A stretch of 64,000 bases of DNA from a virus (lineage: Duplodnaviria > Heunggongvirae > Uroviricota > Caudoviricetes): the IMG/VR virus record IMGVR_UViG_3300031873_001030. The stretch is one strand, 5' to 3'. This document shows, in pieces, positions 58,301 to 64,000 of this stretch; the stretch's first letter is position 1; every line of letters begins with the position of its first letter. The position numbers and the translations under genes were made by a program. The notes below the pieces were generated by a model that saw only the letters and a list, made by a program, of their open reading frames with translations, was not told the DNA's origin and searched no databases.

Positions 58301-60647
58301 TACGGTTGGAAATCCAGTTTCAATTGTTTGCGCATATGCGATAGATGCTGGAATCAATACATCATATCGTGTAAATATGCTGACATGTGAGAATGTGACT
58401 TCTATTGGCATAAGTCAGATTGGGAGCCATAACTTGACAGTAGCTGTTTGGGATACGTTCTTCACTACATATAATGAAAGCAGTGTCTTCTTTGACATAG
58501 ATTTTGTCAATCAGTGGATTGTGACTAATGGCGGTGGTGTTGTGCTGACTGATGGAAATGTATCATTTTCAAATGGAACGTATAGCTTTAACTTGTCTAC
58601 AACTAATGGAACGTTTTCGACAAATACATCTCTGCTTCCGAAAGGTAATGTGTCAGCTACATTCAAAGATTTTGTGACGTATGCAGATAAAACTGTATAC
58701 TACAATGTGACTAATGAGACTCAAATTTCTACAACTATTGTTCTTTCATTTTCTGGAGTCACTATAAGGGTATTTGGAGAAGATTCGCTTTCTCCGATAA
58801 ATTGGTATAAAGTGACGATGACAAATGGGACTGCAAGCACTGGAGCGTATACTACGCAATTGACAGTTGGAAAGGGAAATCCTGGGGGTTACTTGATAAA
58901 TTTCCTTGATGATGATATCAATACTTATGAGAGCAATCTGAATGCCTTGTTCACTTATGAATTTGGATTTACAAATGCGACATTTGCATTGACATATAAT
59001 ATATCTGATGCTGTTGGAAATAGCACCAATCTTACATTGAAGATTTATAACAATACAGTAGGTGCATGGGATACTGTCTTCAATCTGACAAATTCTGGAA
59101 ATAGTGGAGGAATCACGACAAGATATTTCACGATAGACAATAGTCCGTCGATATATGCAAATTATGGGGACATATTCACAAGCTGTCTTGGAACATATTG
59201 CCCATTGTTCATGATGAACATGACACCAGCTGGTTCTGCAGTGATAAAAGTTTATGAGATGAGATTGACAGAACCATATACTTATGATACAAACGGATTT
59301 GCACAGATTAATTTCACAAAGTTCCCGATTACTAGCGGAACTAGCAGATTCATGTTTCAATCTCCTGTATATGCTTCATCATTGAATAATTATGGACTGA
59401 GGACTTATTTCATAAATCCATCTGCGATGGCTACGATAAATTTGGATGCATATCTTAGTAACTTATGTTATATACAGCAGTTCCAAACTGTCCAATCTAG
59501 TTTGGCTACTACAAATCCTATTCCAGTTCCTGATGTGTTGCTTACATTGATGAAGGTATTTGGAACTGAATTGAAGATAGTCGACCAGCAGAAGAGCGAT
59601 TATTCTGGCATTGCAAGATTGTGTGTGGAAGCTGGTTATCCATATACTATGACTTTTGTGAAGAGTGGATATCAGACACAGACTGCTTATGATGAAGTGT
59701 TTTCAAACGCTGGTCCTTATTATGTCAACATGTTTACAGTGAACGCAAGCGATTACTTTTCAAACCCATATTCTACAAACATTTCGATAACTCCTGCAGA
59801 TAATTATATACACAATTCTACAACAATCTATACATGTGCTGTACTGGCTCCATATAATCCATGGGGACCTTCTGGAAATGTATTACTCTCATCTTTCCTT
59901 AGAATATATCATTCTTATGAGTTTGCTGCATATCCTCCAAACATATCTTCAGCGTTATATCCACCAAGTTCTGGATTCTGTAATGGTACTGCTCCATTTT
60001 GCACTAACTATTATACAAATACGACTTGTGCAGCAGTTGTAGGATGTAATTGGGTAAATTGGATTGTTACTGGTGCTTGTAATGGACCACCAACTTGCCT
60101 TAGTCATCTGAAAGAATCAACTTGTTTGAATGAGACTGGATGTGATTGGACACGTTTTGGACCATTTGGAATATCAACATTGCATAATTCGACATTGGTA
60201 TCTAATCAGACTTCAACAAATCCGCTTGGAGCTATATTCACTTATGGATTGAATGAGTCTGGAACTTACAACATAACTTGTGGAGGATATTTTCGTGTAG
60301 TGAATGATACTTCAATCTTCAATGCGACTGGGAGTATTATCGAAATTTCTAAGCAGAGGGTAATATGGGTAGAACCTACTGGAGGTGGAATAGCTGGTGC
60401 TGGAAAAGACTTGATAGGAAACATAAGCGAATCTGCGTTATATTTTGTAGTGCTGATATTGGATATGATTATAACAAGTTTCTTTGTCCGTCACTTTGGT
60501 ATGAAAAGTGCGTTTATATTCCTTGTAGTATGGGCTATGGCAATGGTGATATTAGGAGGTTGGGGTTTCAATGCACAGACTGGAGTATTCTCAGTTGGAT
60601 TTTTGTTATGGATAGCACTCATGTTCTATCCATATAGGAGGGAATAA
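49389..60647 (+). CDS. giant (3752 aa) N-glycosylation-sequon-rich surface protein with DUF285-type repeats and C-terminal TM anchor
   Basis: N-terminal TM ITSLIFALALIGTFGYLFI; ~23-26-aa repeats MFxxAxSFNQNISxWNTxxVTxM (DUF285-type) at ~51.7-52.9 kb; internal ~2.6-kb duplication (53.15-54.25 kb vs 54.79-56.65 kb); C-terminal helices ALYFVVLILDMIITSFF / FIFLVVWAMAMVILGGWG. Confidence 0.8.
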   Translation: MHWKHLLTHKSLFLEGIRISIRLSKATVKITSLIFALALIGTFGYLFISNVSNKVSGDSYNDINMSDIVNNTIVTASSYSNYEYEVTKNVYKTYFQDNINSGEAVRFEKDGYYFIYDLSGGKIQWAEQDGNPTKTKSIGAILSSPISLAGDKVYYNDAFAYTNVSYLILNDMLKENFILSSSLPIDDTYLYLEYTGEIKHSDSLMIYANDKNQTEKNFVTQGKIEFKDVNGTTIFFLPAPTVTDSNGKSEYGFYDIKISSGKIAFNLRVNSTFLKNAAYPVYIDPTIRTFNDTLSSKNLTFIWNQNQTLYISIPKNAIVTNAYLNLSGFPAQNNVNFFDPLDNGNYISSTNAIVSGGQITLNRQNNTGESFTSPPCSEIQYIGGTVPGTYATAQSFRASGVYLSYIKVKFFNQVTATLSIRSSLAGANLVSTSVASGDERYYEWYITNPPALTVGNTYYIVLTWSSDGSNYGGLRQACYNYLYPNGTYYAYLLSSWNTEPNGAYYDHAFETKYWEYDTSNYVNSVAIDTTSYYLNATLTKSDNIPAGTSITYYLSSNGGASWEQVTSGINHTFSNIGQDIRWRGVLTTNSDRSSTPTLYNMTVNASQGYWPMNPYLDISGDGDVEWNYTGTFNQSNNRTANLSSEINTYLSTCTPTSGNCTMPLVFHSDTAGIIQVSDINITYNVPFISVWNTSKAGTSNSTQIELPLYNGGTYAFTVDWGDGTTDYITSYLNDNHTYATAGVYVVNIAGTINGFRFNNGGDRLKIINITQWGDLNVGNSGNYFHGCANLNSNATDNLNLAGTTDLSNMFYSATSFNGSISGWDTSGVTSMYTMFYGASNFNSNISSWNTGNVINMEYMFYTASSFNQNISNWNTGKVTSMLSMFHGATSFNQNISNWDVSKVTTMSDMFHSATSFNGNISGWNVVNVTTMYDMFHSATSFNQSMSSWNTGNVATMFSMFYGATAFNGNISGWNTGNVNNMVAMFYNTPFNQNIGNWNVSSVTTTYQMFYSASIFNQNISSWNTSKVITMSEMFRGASAFNQNISNWDTSKVTTMTNMFYDATSFNGNVSGWNIGNVTTIDYMFRGATSFNQSMNNWNTSKVTTMYAMFYGASNFNGNISNWNTSNVIAMDYMFYNTAFNQNISSWNTGKVASMAGMFQSAASFNQNLSSWNVSSVTNAANMFLSVTLSTPNYDSLLVGWGSRVEKNATVFSGGNSKYSAAGLAGRNNLTGIYNNWTITDGGPVDIINPTYTNFGSDYTNNTAVNGGSILTYYAKWIDNIQLDKCVNSSKINTSGSWTNGTWASAGTGNWTNYTVKFPAEVGSNYTVKIYCNDTSGYMNVTGTLFWWAESFVITQNHTWQGTTLEDDNTFAYSPTLNVSFQMTALNFDNGTFEFDGANYTISTNPKVYNNTNGVYWINFTNKKPGNYNFKWYASTISGIWKNTSQVTLIVTKAYPAFSNSVTTPINYLTASDYASNGNNLGCDDCTYYTKRNGTQICVGACSDTTVLGASAYNYTIYTAGGENYTSGQSELDLTVNKIILSGTINSPDVTYPTGMSITGSESNTGDGDVAYQTCLDNVCTLGKGPNTFNYGANTYTCKFNTTGATFENYTASASIAIDSCTINKGTSLSLSINSNVTSPITYPIPSSINGSGCVFGAGYGTDIVCTLYRGNSTWSGTGNDTAILGAGIYAYNYSTPGGTNWTATSASNYTLIVNRGSLSLSINSNVTSPITYPTPSSVNGSGCAGSDVVCTLYRGNSSWSGTGNDSAVLSAGVYAYNYSTPGGTNYSAASAVNYTLVVLGNTPPTYSYFGATVPNNTVVVGGSVVTYYAKWSDDVQLDKCANSSRVNNSAWVNGTWVSPGTGNWTNYTVAFPSERGSNLTIRIYCNDSVGQMVETGTLFWIIDYYPYSNSTGQASNSIPSGTNNTLFSKLFAGGGGTTLSWAWLSTNETGAWKNYTITNYTYYSVILNESNSGNIGDTFEAGSSNPNINNGIYPSLEVYAFYGMRTFLLWNLSIIPTGATIVSANLSLYGYDIAHGGLGSRLYNAYNTSTYTLNDCGQQWIEGTRNQSANVTCNELVYNNQPSLNILQDSIWTGTTSNVWLSWNVTNATISTYSNTTNKNMSIVIKENTEVDNIYSLFFSKEYTGNIALRPQLNITYALPSPYIAGSLFNWVNFTWQNNSIIAGNIIGWKIYFNDSLGHENVTETYNFTIESSKPIISQNHTWQGTTLEDDNTFTYSPTLNVSFQITAWAYDLNILTATFEFNGVNYTNSTTTRVYNNTNNVFWINFTSMKAGNYNFRWYVNDTVGGWSNTSQVVLAIGKATLVGTISSPDVYFPADMSLTGLESNAGDVDVAYQTCLGDACKPGLGPNLFGSCCEYPADTYTCKFNTTGAVFENYTSNANIATDSCTINKGGLVGTITSPDVTYPADLFLTGSESNVGDTDVTYQTCVSNICKAGLGANSFDIGGGTYNCIFNTTGATFANWTASASMQTDSCTVNKGILTGSSSSPAVTYPAGLTATGTETNTVDTDVAYREYCELGTKGVLMGSALGGNPSGTVVLDVGTWTCKLNTTGGPFANWTASASIGTSVGIVSIGTLTGTISSPDVTYPTDMTITGIETNTGDSDVAYRTCLSGSGECKSGKGPNTFDYPPGTYSCVFNTTGAAFANWTSSSNIATDVCVINNGTLTIQLSTPTPITYEAVAGIEGWITNNAGDGGCTYILLRNGTQINTSIHVTDNTILGAGYYNYTYYTAGCANYTINRLADVPLTVNQKNAFVRVYPWTGPITYETSVFQYCTSLSTLVNCTMYRNGTTVTNGTNIVLGVGAYLFKANISDAANYTNYDDLNILTVDKKQLAANLWINGHLNQNTTVVQTFPYIPKYATSNATNINGLSGSLYRDDAPVAGDTDTIPPVQGTYKYKANATGNVNYTSDSVGQTFYASVISAHNITISSPVNGSSIGILPNTNKSVQINYTVGNPVSIVCAYAIDAGINTSYRVNMLTCENVTSIGISQIGSHNLTVAVWDTFFTTYNESSVFFDIDFVNQWIVTNGGGVVLTDGNVSFSNGTYSFNLSTTNGTFSTNTSLLPKGNVSATFKDFVTYADKTVYYNVTNETQISTTIVLSFSGVTIRVFGEDSLSPINWYKVTMTNGTASTGAYTTQLTVGKGNPGGYLINFLDDDINTYESNLNALFTYEFGFTNATFALTYNISDAVGNSTNLTLKIYNNTVGAWDTVFNLTNSGNSGGITTRYFTIDNSPSIYANYGDIFTSCLGTYCPLFMMNMTPAGSAVIKVYEMRLTEPYTYDTNGFAQINFTKFPITSGTSRFMFQSPVYASSLNNYGLRTYFINPSAMATINLDAYLSNLCYIQQFQTVQSSLATTNPIPVPDVLLTLMKVFGTELKIVDQQKSDYSGIARLCVEAGYPYTMTFVKSGYQTQTAYDEVFSNAGPYYVNMFTVNASDYFSNPYSTNISITPADNYIHNSTTIYTCAVLAPYNPWGPSGNVLLSSFLRIYHSYEFAAYPPNISSALYPPSSGFCNGTAPFCTNYYTNTTCAAVVGCNWVNWIVTGACNGPPTCLSHLKESTCLNETGCDWTRFGPFGISTLHNSTLVSNQTSTNPLGAIFTYGLNESGTYNITCGGYFRVVNDTSIFNATGSIIEISKQRVIWVEPTGGGIAGAGKDLIGNISESALYFVVLILDMIITSFFVRHFGMKSAFIFLVVWAMAMVILGGWGFNAQTGVFSVGFLLWIALMFYPYRRE

Positions 60648-60649
60648 TC

Positions 60650-61099
60650 ATGAAAATGATATATAGGAAAGCAGCATCGTTGACTTTATTATTATCCATA
60701 TGGGCTGGAATAATAGGAGTTGGTGTATTGGCATATCCAAGCGGATATAAATCTACTTGGGACCAGATACAGACAGTATATTCAAATCCAGTTGGTGCAA
60801 TTCCAGTGATAATTAAGAATGCATTTTCAGCAGGGAATCTTGGTATGTTTGGAGGATTGTTAGTTGCTGGAGCAGTATCTGCAGTGATATTTACAACTTC
60901 TGTCTTGGGTGGTGGATTTTCCCAGCTGTTTGCAATTCCACTATTGATTATATTTGCAGTTGTCAATATGTTTGTCTTGCCAACGACTCAGATATTGTCA
61001 GAAAGTGGTGCGCCTTATGCAGTGCAGGTAATCTATACGCTTTTCATAGGGACACTTACTATTTTGACGGCATTGACATTCACTTCAGGTAGACCATAA
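60650..61099 (+). CDS. membrane protein (149 aa, 4 TM)
   Basis: Start 3 nt after the giant gene stop; four hydrophobic helices. Confidence 0.5.
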   Translation: MKMIYRKAASLTLLLSIWAGIIGVGVLAYPSGYKSTWDQIQTVYSNPVGAIPVIIKNAFSAGNLGMFGGLLVAGAVSAVIFTTSVLGGGFSQLFAIPLLIIFAVVNMFVLPTTQILSESGAPYAVQVIYTLFIGTLTILTALTFTSGRP

Positions 61100-61149
61100 G
61101 AGGCAAATGATATGAAAAAAGAAGATACAGAGAAGGAGGGAATGAGAAA

Positions 61150-61425
61150 ATGGTAGTATCTTTTCCATTCTTATGGGATGAATTGATTCAACAATTGTTA
61201 CTTAGTGTGACAGGTAGCCCATTACTTGTTGGTCTAATCGGAATATTTTTCATCGGAGTGTTAGGATTGGCAATGAGATTGACATTAGAGATACAGCTAA
61301 TTGCGATGTTCTTTTTTATAATGCTAATTGCTGTCGCATATATACCATGGATAAGTGGAGTTGTGCTAATTGTAGCTGGAATATTCGTTGGAATGTTTTT
61401 CTTTTACACGTTTTTCAGAGGATAA
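61150..61425 (+). CDS. small membrane protein (91 aa)
   Basis: Three hydrophobic helices. Confidence 0.4.
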   Translation: MVVSFPFLWDELIQQLLLSVTGSPLLVGLIGIFFIGVLGLAMRLTLEIQLIAMFFFIMLIAVAYIPWISGVVLIVAGIFVGMFFFYTFFRG

Positions 61426-61615
61426 TATGGAATTTGAAAAAGAATTGCAGTGCCCAAGATGCAGGACAAATTCACTGATAGATATAGGTGATTGGGATGA
61501 TGAGAATCTTTTCAAGTGCGTGTCTTGCAGATATTGGTTTCTGGAATCTTACATAAGAGGAAAAAATAATGATGCGTTGTGTCTGCATGAAGTGCCGATA
61601 GGAGATTTAAAATGA
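61388..61615 (+). CDS. zinc-ribbon protein (75 aa)
   Basis: CPRCRTNS ... CVSCRYW. Confidence 0.4.
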   Translation: MECFSFTRFSEDNMEFEKELQCPRCRTNSLIDIGDWDDENLFKCVSCRYWFLESYIRGKNNDALCLHEVPIGDLK

Positions 61616-61830
61616 AATATCTGTACAACAAAGTTTCAGAAAAAATAGATGAGCTGATAAGGAAGAGCCCGAAGAGGGAGTTGGATATGGAATTATTGAA
61701 GAGGAGTCTTCCAAATAAGATAAGGCTTACAAGATTTGACGTATTGAGCATTGTGAGAGAAATGGAAAAAGATGGTTGTTTCGTTATCGATGGCAATAAA
61801 CTCAGAAAGGAGGTGAAAACCGATGGTTGA
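61612..61830 (+). CDS. hypothetical small protein (72 aa)
   Basis: ATGA overlap with upstream gene. Confidence 0.35.
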   Translation: MKYLYNKVSEKIDELIRKSPKRELDMELLKRSLPNKIRLTRFDVLSIVREMEKDGCFVIDGNKLRKEVKTDG

Positions 61831-61978
61831 ATACATTGTGAAAATATATAAAAGGAAAAGAGACGGAACTCTGACTGCTAATCTTGTGAGGCATTCTTAT
61901 AAGAAAGGAAAGGCTATAAAGATGGCTAAAGTCAATATTTGATGAATTAAGATATAAAATAGTGGAGGTGAAAAAGAA

Positions 61979-62053
61979 ATGGCAAAAAAATGTTCAAATA
62001 AAGGAAAATTACTCAAAGTCAAGGGAAAAGTTCCCAAAGGTTGGAAAAAATGA
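61979..62053 (+). CDS. Lys-rich micro-protein (24 aa) ending GKVPKGWKK
   Basis: GGAGGTG SD 8 nt upstream; paralogous to 62093..62206. Confidence 0.35.
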   Translation: MAKKCSNKGKLLKVKGKVPKGWKK

Positions 62054-62092
62054 AAGAGTTGAAAAATATAAGATGATGGGGGTGAAAAAGAA

Positions 62093-62206
62093 ATGCAAAA
62101 ATGGAAAATTGAAAAAAGCAAAGTGAAAAAATTGAAAAAAATGAAAGGGAAATTTGATAAGATTGACATATATGAAGGAAAAGTTCCAAAAGGTTGGAAA
62201 AAATGA
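62093..62206 (+). CDS. Lys-rich micro-protein (37 aa) ending GKVPKGWKK
   Basis: GGGGTG SD upstream; stop overlaps next ATG (ATGA). Confidence 0.35.
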   Translation: MQKWKIEKSKVKKLKKMKGKFDKIDIYEGKVPKGWKK

Positions 62207-62349
62207 AAGAGTTAGGAACTGTGAAAAGAGGCAAGGTGAAGATATATTCAGAGAAACAGATGAAGTATCTTCATTTTAAGGAATTGCCTCACACTCACTA
62301 TAAGTATGTTGGAGGAAAGTTAATAAAAAAGAGGCATATATATACATGA
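62203..62349 (+). CDS. small basic protein (48 aa)
   Basis: ATGA-coupled to both the upstream micro-ORF and the downstream lipoprotein-like gene. Confidence 0.35.
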   Translation: MKELGTVKRGKVKIYSEKQMKYLHFKELPHTHYKYVGGKLIKKRHIYT

Positions 62350-64000
62350 CGCTTAAATTTGGAAAAATCAATAAGTTTAGTATGAGATGGCTTATCCTAT
62401 TAGCTATAGTGCCACTGATATTTTTCTCAGGATGTACTAGTCAACCAGGCATAATTTTATCTGCACCAAGCGGTAATCAGACTATATTTTTGACTCATGT
62501 TAATACGACTGTATTTGCATGGAATGGAACAGCTTTATCAGATTTGAATATGAGCATGTATTCGATAATAAATGCGACTTGGGTTAATACCACAAATATA
62601 AATGTCAGTCAGATTTGTTTCAATGGAACTTGTCTATTGTCATGGCCTATAAATTCATCTGCACAGATTATTGCTGTAATAAATAATTCTGGATATTACA
62701 ATATCACAGCTGCGATAGCTTCATACATAAATAATGCGACTGAGAGAAATCTGTTTACTGCGACATATAACATAACTTACAATACATGGGCATACAACCA
62801 GACATCTCCAGCAGTCAGCTATATAGATTGGTTGATACTTGTTTTTAATTCCACTTGGAATTCTACGTATAATGTTACGTATGATACTTGGGCTTATAAC
62901 CAGACAACACCTGCAGTAAATTATGTAGATTGGATTGTAGATACTTTCAATTCAACTTGGAACACCACTTATAACTCGACGTATGACACATGGGCATATA
63001 ACCAGACCACTCCAGCAGTCAGTTATACAAATTGGATTGTAGATATTTTCAACGCGACTTGGAACACAACTTATAATTCTACTTATGACCAATGGACTTA
63101 TAATCAAACACTTCCTGCTATCACATATGCGAACAGTCAATTCATAAATATGTCAAATGCAACTGTAAACCAATGGTTATACAATCAGACAACTCCTGCT
63201 ATAGACTGGGTTATAGCTCAAGGGTACATTAGCCAAGAATCAGAATATAATTCCAATCCACTTGGTTACATAAATGATACTTCGTGGAACATAACTGCAT
63301 GGAACGGTACTTTAGCTTTCAATAATACTTTATCAACTTATGACACATGGGCATATAACCAGACTACACCAGCTATAGATTGGGTCATAGCTCAAGGATA
63401 TACTGGAAATGCTTCATGGAACCAATCGTTAGCTGATACGTTATATTACAGTATCTTGAATCCGAATAATTTCATAAACAGTAGTTATAATGCAACTTAT
63501 GATACATGGTCATACAATCAGACTACTCCAGCTATTGACTGGGTCACAGCTCAAAATTATACTACTAGTAATTTTACATGGAACCAGTCATTAGCAGATA
63601 CACTTTACTACTGGATAACAAATCCAGATAATTTTGTGAATAATACTTATAATTCTACCTATGATACATGGGCTTATAATCAAACAACTCCAGCTATAGA
63701 TTACATACTGTCAAATCCTTATGGCTGGCTTAATACGAGTTATAACTCAACGTATAACACTTATGCTTATAACCAGACACAGCCAGCAATAGATTGGGTT
63801 ATAGCTCAAGGGTACATTAGTCAAGAGTCAGAGTATAACTCAAATCCACTTGGTTACATAAATGATACAAGTTGGAACATATCAGCTTGGAATGGTACTT
63901 TAGCTTTTAACGACACATTGGCTACATATGATACTTGGGCATATAACCAGACACTTCCAGCAATAGATTATGCAAATAGCCAATTCATAAACATGACTAA
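62346..64000 (+). CDS. lipoprotein-like repeat protein (partial, runs off window end)
   Basis: Signal peptide plus lipobox-like LIFFSGC; ~39-aa tandem repeats TYNSTYDTWAYNQTTPA... (117-bp DNA repeats 62760..63130, higher-order ~600-bp repeat 63195..63920); no stop before 64000. Confidence 0.55.
   Translation, partial: MTLKFGKINKFSMRWLILLAIVPLIFFSGCTSQPGIILSAPSGNQTIFLTHVNTTVFAWNGTALSDLNMSMYSIINATWVNTTNINVSQICFNGTCLLSWPINSSAQIIAVINNSGYYNITAAIASYINNATERNLFTATYNITYNTWAYNQTSPAVSYIDWLILVFNSTWNSTYNVTYDTWAYNQTTPAVNYVDWIVDTFNSTWNTTYNSTYDTWAYNQTTPAVSYTNWIVDIFNATWNTTYNSTYDQWTYNQTLPAITYANSQFINMSNATVNQWLYNQTTPAIDWVIAQGYISQESEYNSNPLGYINDTSWNITAWNGTLAFNNTLSTYDTWAYNQTTPAIDWVIAQGYTGNASWNQSLADTLYYSILNPNNFINSSYNATYDTWSYNQTTPAIDWVTAQNYTTSNFTWNQSLADTLYYWITNPDNFVNNTYNSTYDTWAYNQTTPAIDYILSNPYGWLNTSYNSTYNTYAYNQTQPAIDWVIAQGYISQESEYNSNPLGYINDTSWNISAWNGTLAFNDTLATYDTWAYNQTLPAIDYANSQFINMT

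Noticed and set aside
49458-60966. Multiple minus-strand ORFs inside the giant surface-protein gene (e.g. 58746..59360, 56921..57205)
   Set aside because: They are antisense to a long well-supported ORF and have low-complexity translations, so are very unlikely to be genes.
61897-62234. Minus-strand ORFs 61897..62169 and 62019..62234
   Set aside because: They translate poly-T/A low-complexity sequence (FFFF/SFS). The + strand micro-ORFs with SD sequences explain the region better.
1-64000. rRNA genes, transposase/IS elements, integrase
   Set aside because: No rRNA-like conserved stretches and no DDE/tyrosine-recombinase-like ORFs were recognisable in the translations.

Overview
AT-rich (~33% GC), gene-dense prokaryotic window. 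GGAGG-type Shine-Dalgarno sequences, a PCNA sliding clamp, a short XPF (ERCC4+HhH2) nuclease, an intron-containing tRNA and archaeal-pilin-like signal peptides all point to an archaeon, possibly DPANN-like. Recognisable genes fall into four groups. (1) Replication/repair and mobile-element-like: a ParB/Srx-fold protein with AT-hooks, a Cas4-like PD-(D/E)xK nuclease, an AAA+ ATPase with a winged helix (Orc1/Cdc6- or Rep-like), a prim-pol-like protein, an HNH endonuclease inside a tRNA cluster, two small GIY-YIG paralogues, a vWA protein, PCNA and XPF. (2) A surface glycosylation/methylation cluster: GT2, GT4, a GT39/83-like membrane transferase, a C-methyltransferase-like protein and several class I SAM methyltransferases, one of them degraded. 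(3) Surface proteins: a 3752-aa N-glycosylation-sequon-rich giant protein with DUF285-type repeats and a C-terminal membrane anchor, a pilin-like pre-protein, a 1340-aa Gly/Val/Thr-rich protein and tandem-repeat secreted/lipoprotein-like proteins. (4) Many small Lys-rich or zinc-ribbon ORFs of unknown function. Four tRNAs lie on the minus strand (Pro, His, Asn, and Gln with a 31-nt intron), plus two orphan tRNA 3'-half-like fragments. The non-coding content is unusual. A perfect 14-bp palindrome TTAACATATGTTAA recurs at least 15 times, often in pairs, with one 4-repeat array carrying GC-rich spacers, and it overlaps stop and start codons at gene boundaries. A ~73-nt hairpin element is present in 4 copies with compensatory stem changes. 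A ~2.8-kb degenerate GGTNN (telomere-like TTAGG/TTGGG) G-strand array has an inverted partial copy ~9 kb away and small patches upstream of genes. There are conserved ATCCC/GGGAT hairpins and GAAAGGG/CCCTTTC inverted repeats. A ~166-bp imperfect palindrome sits downstream of the AAA+ initiator-like gene and is a candidate origin.
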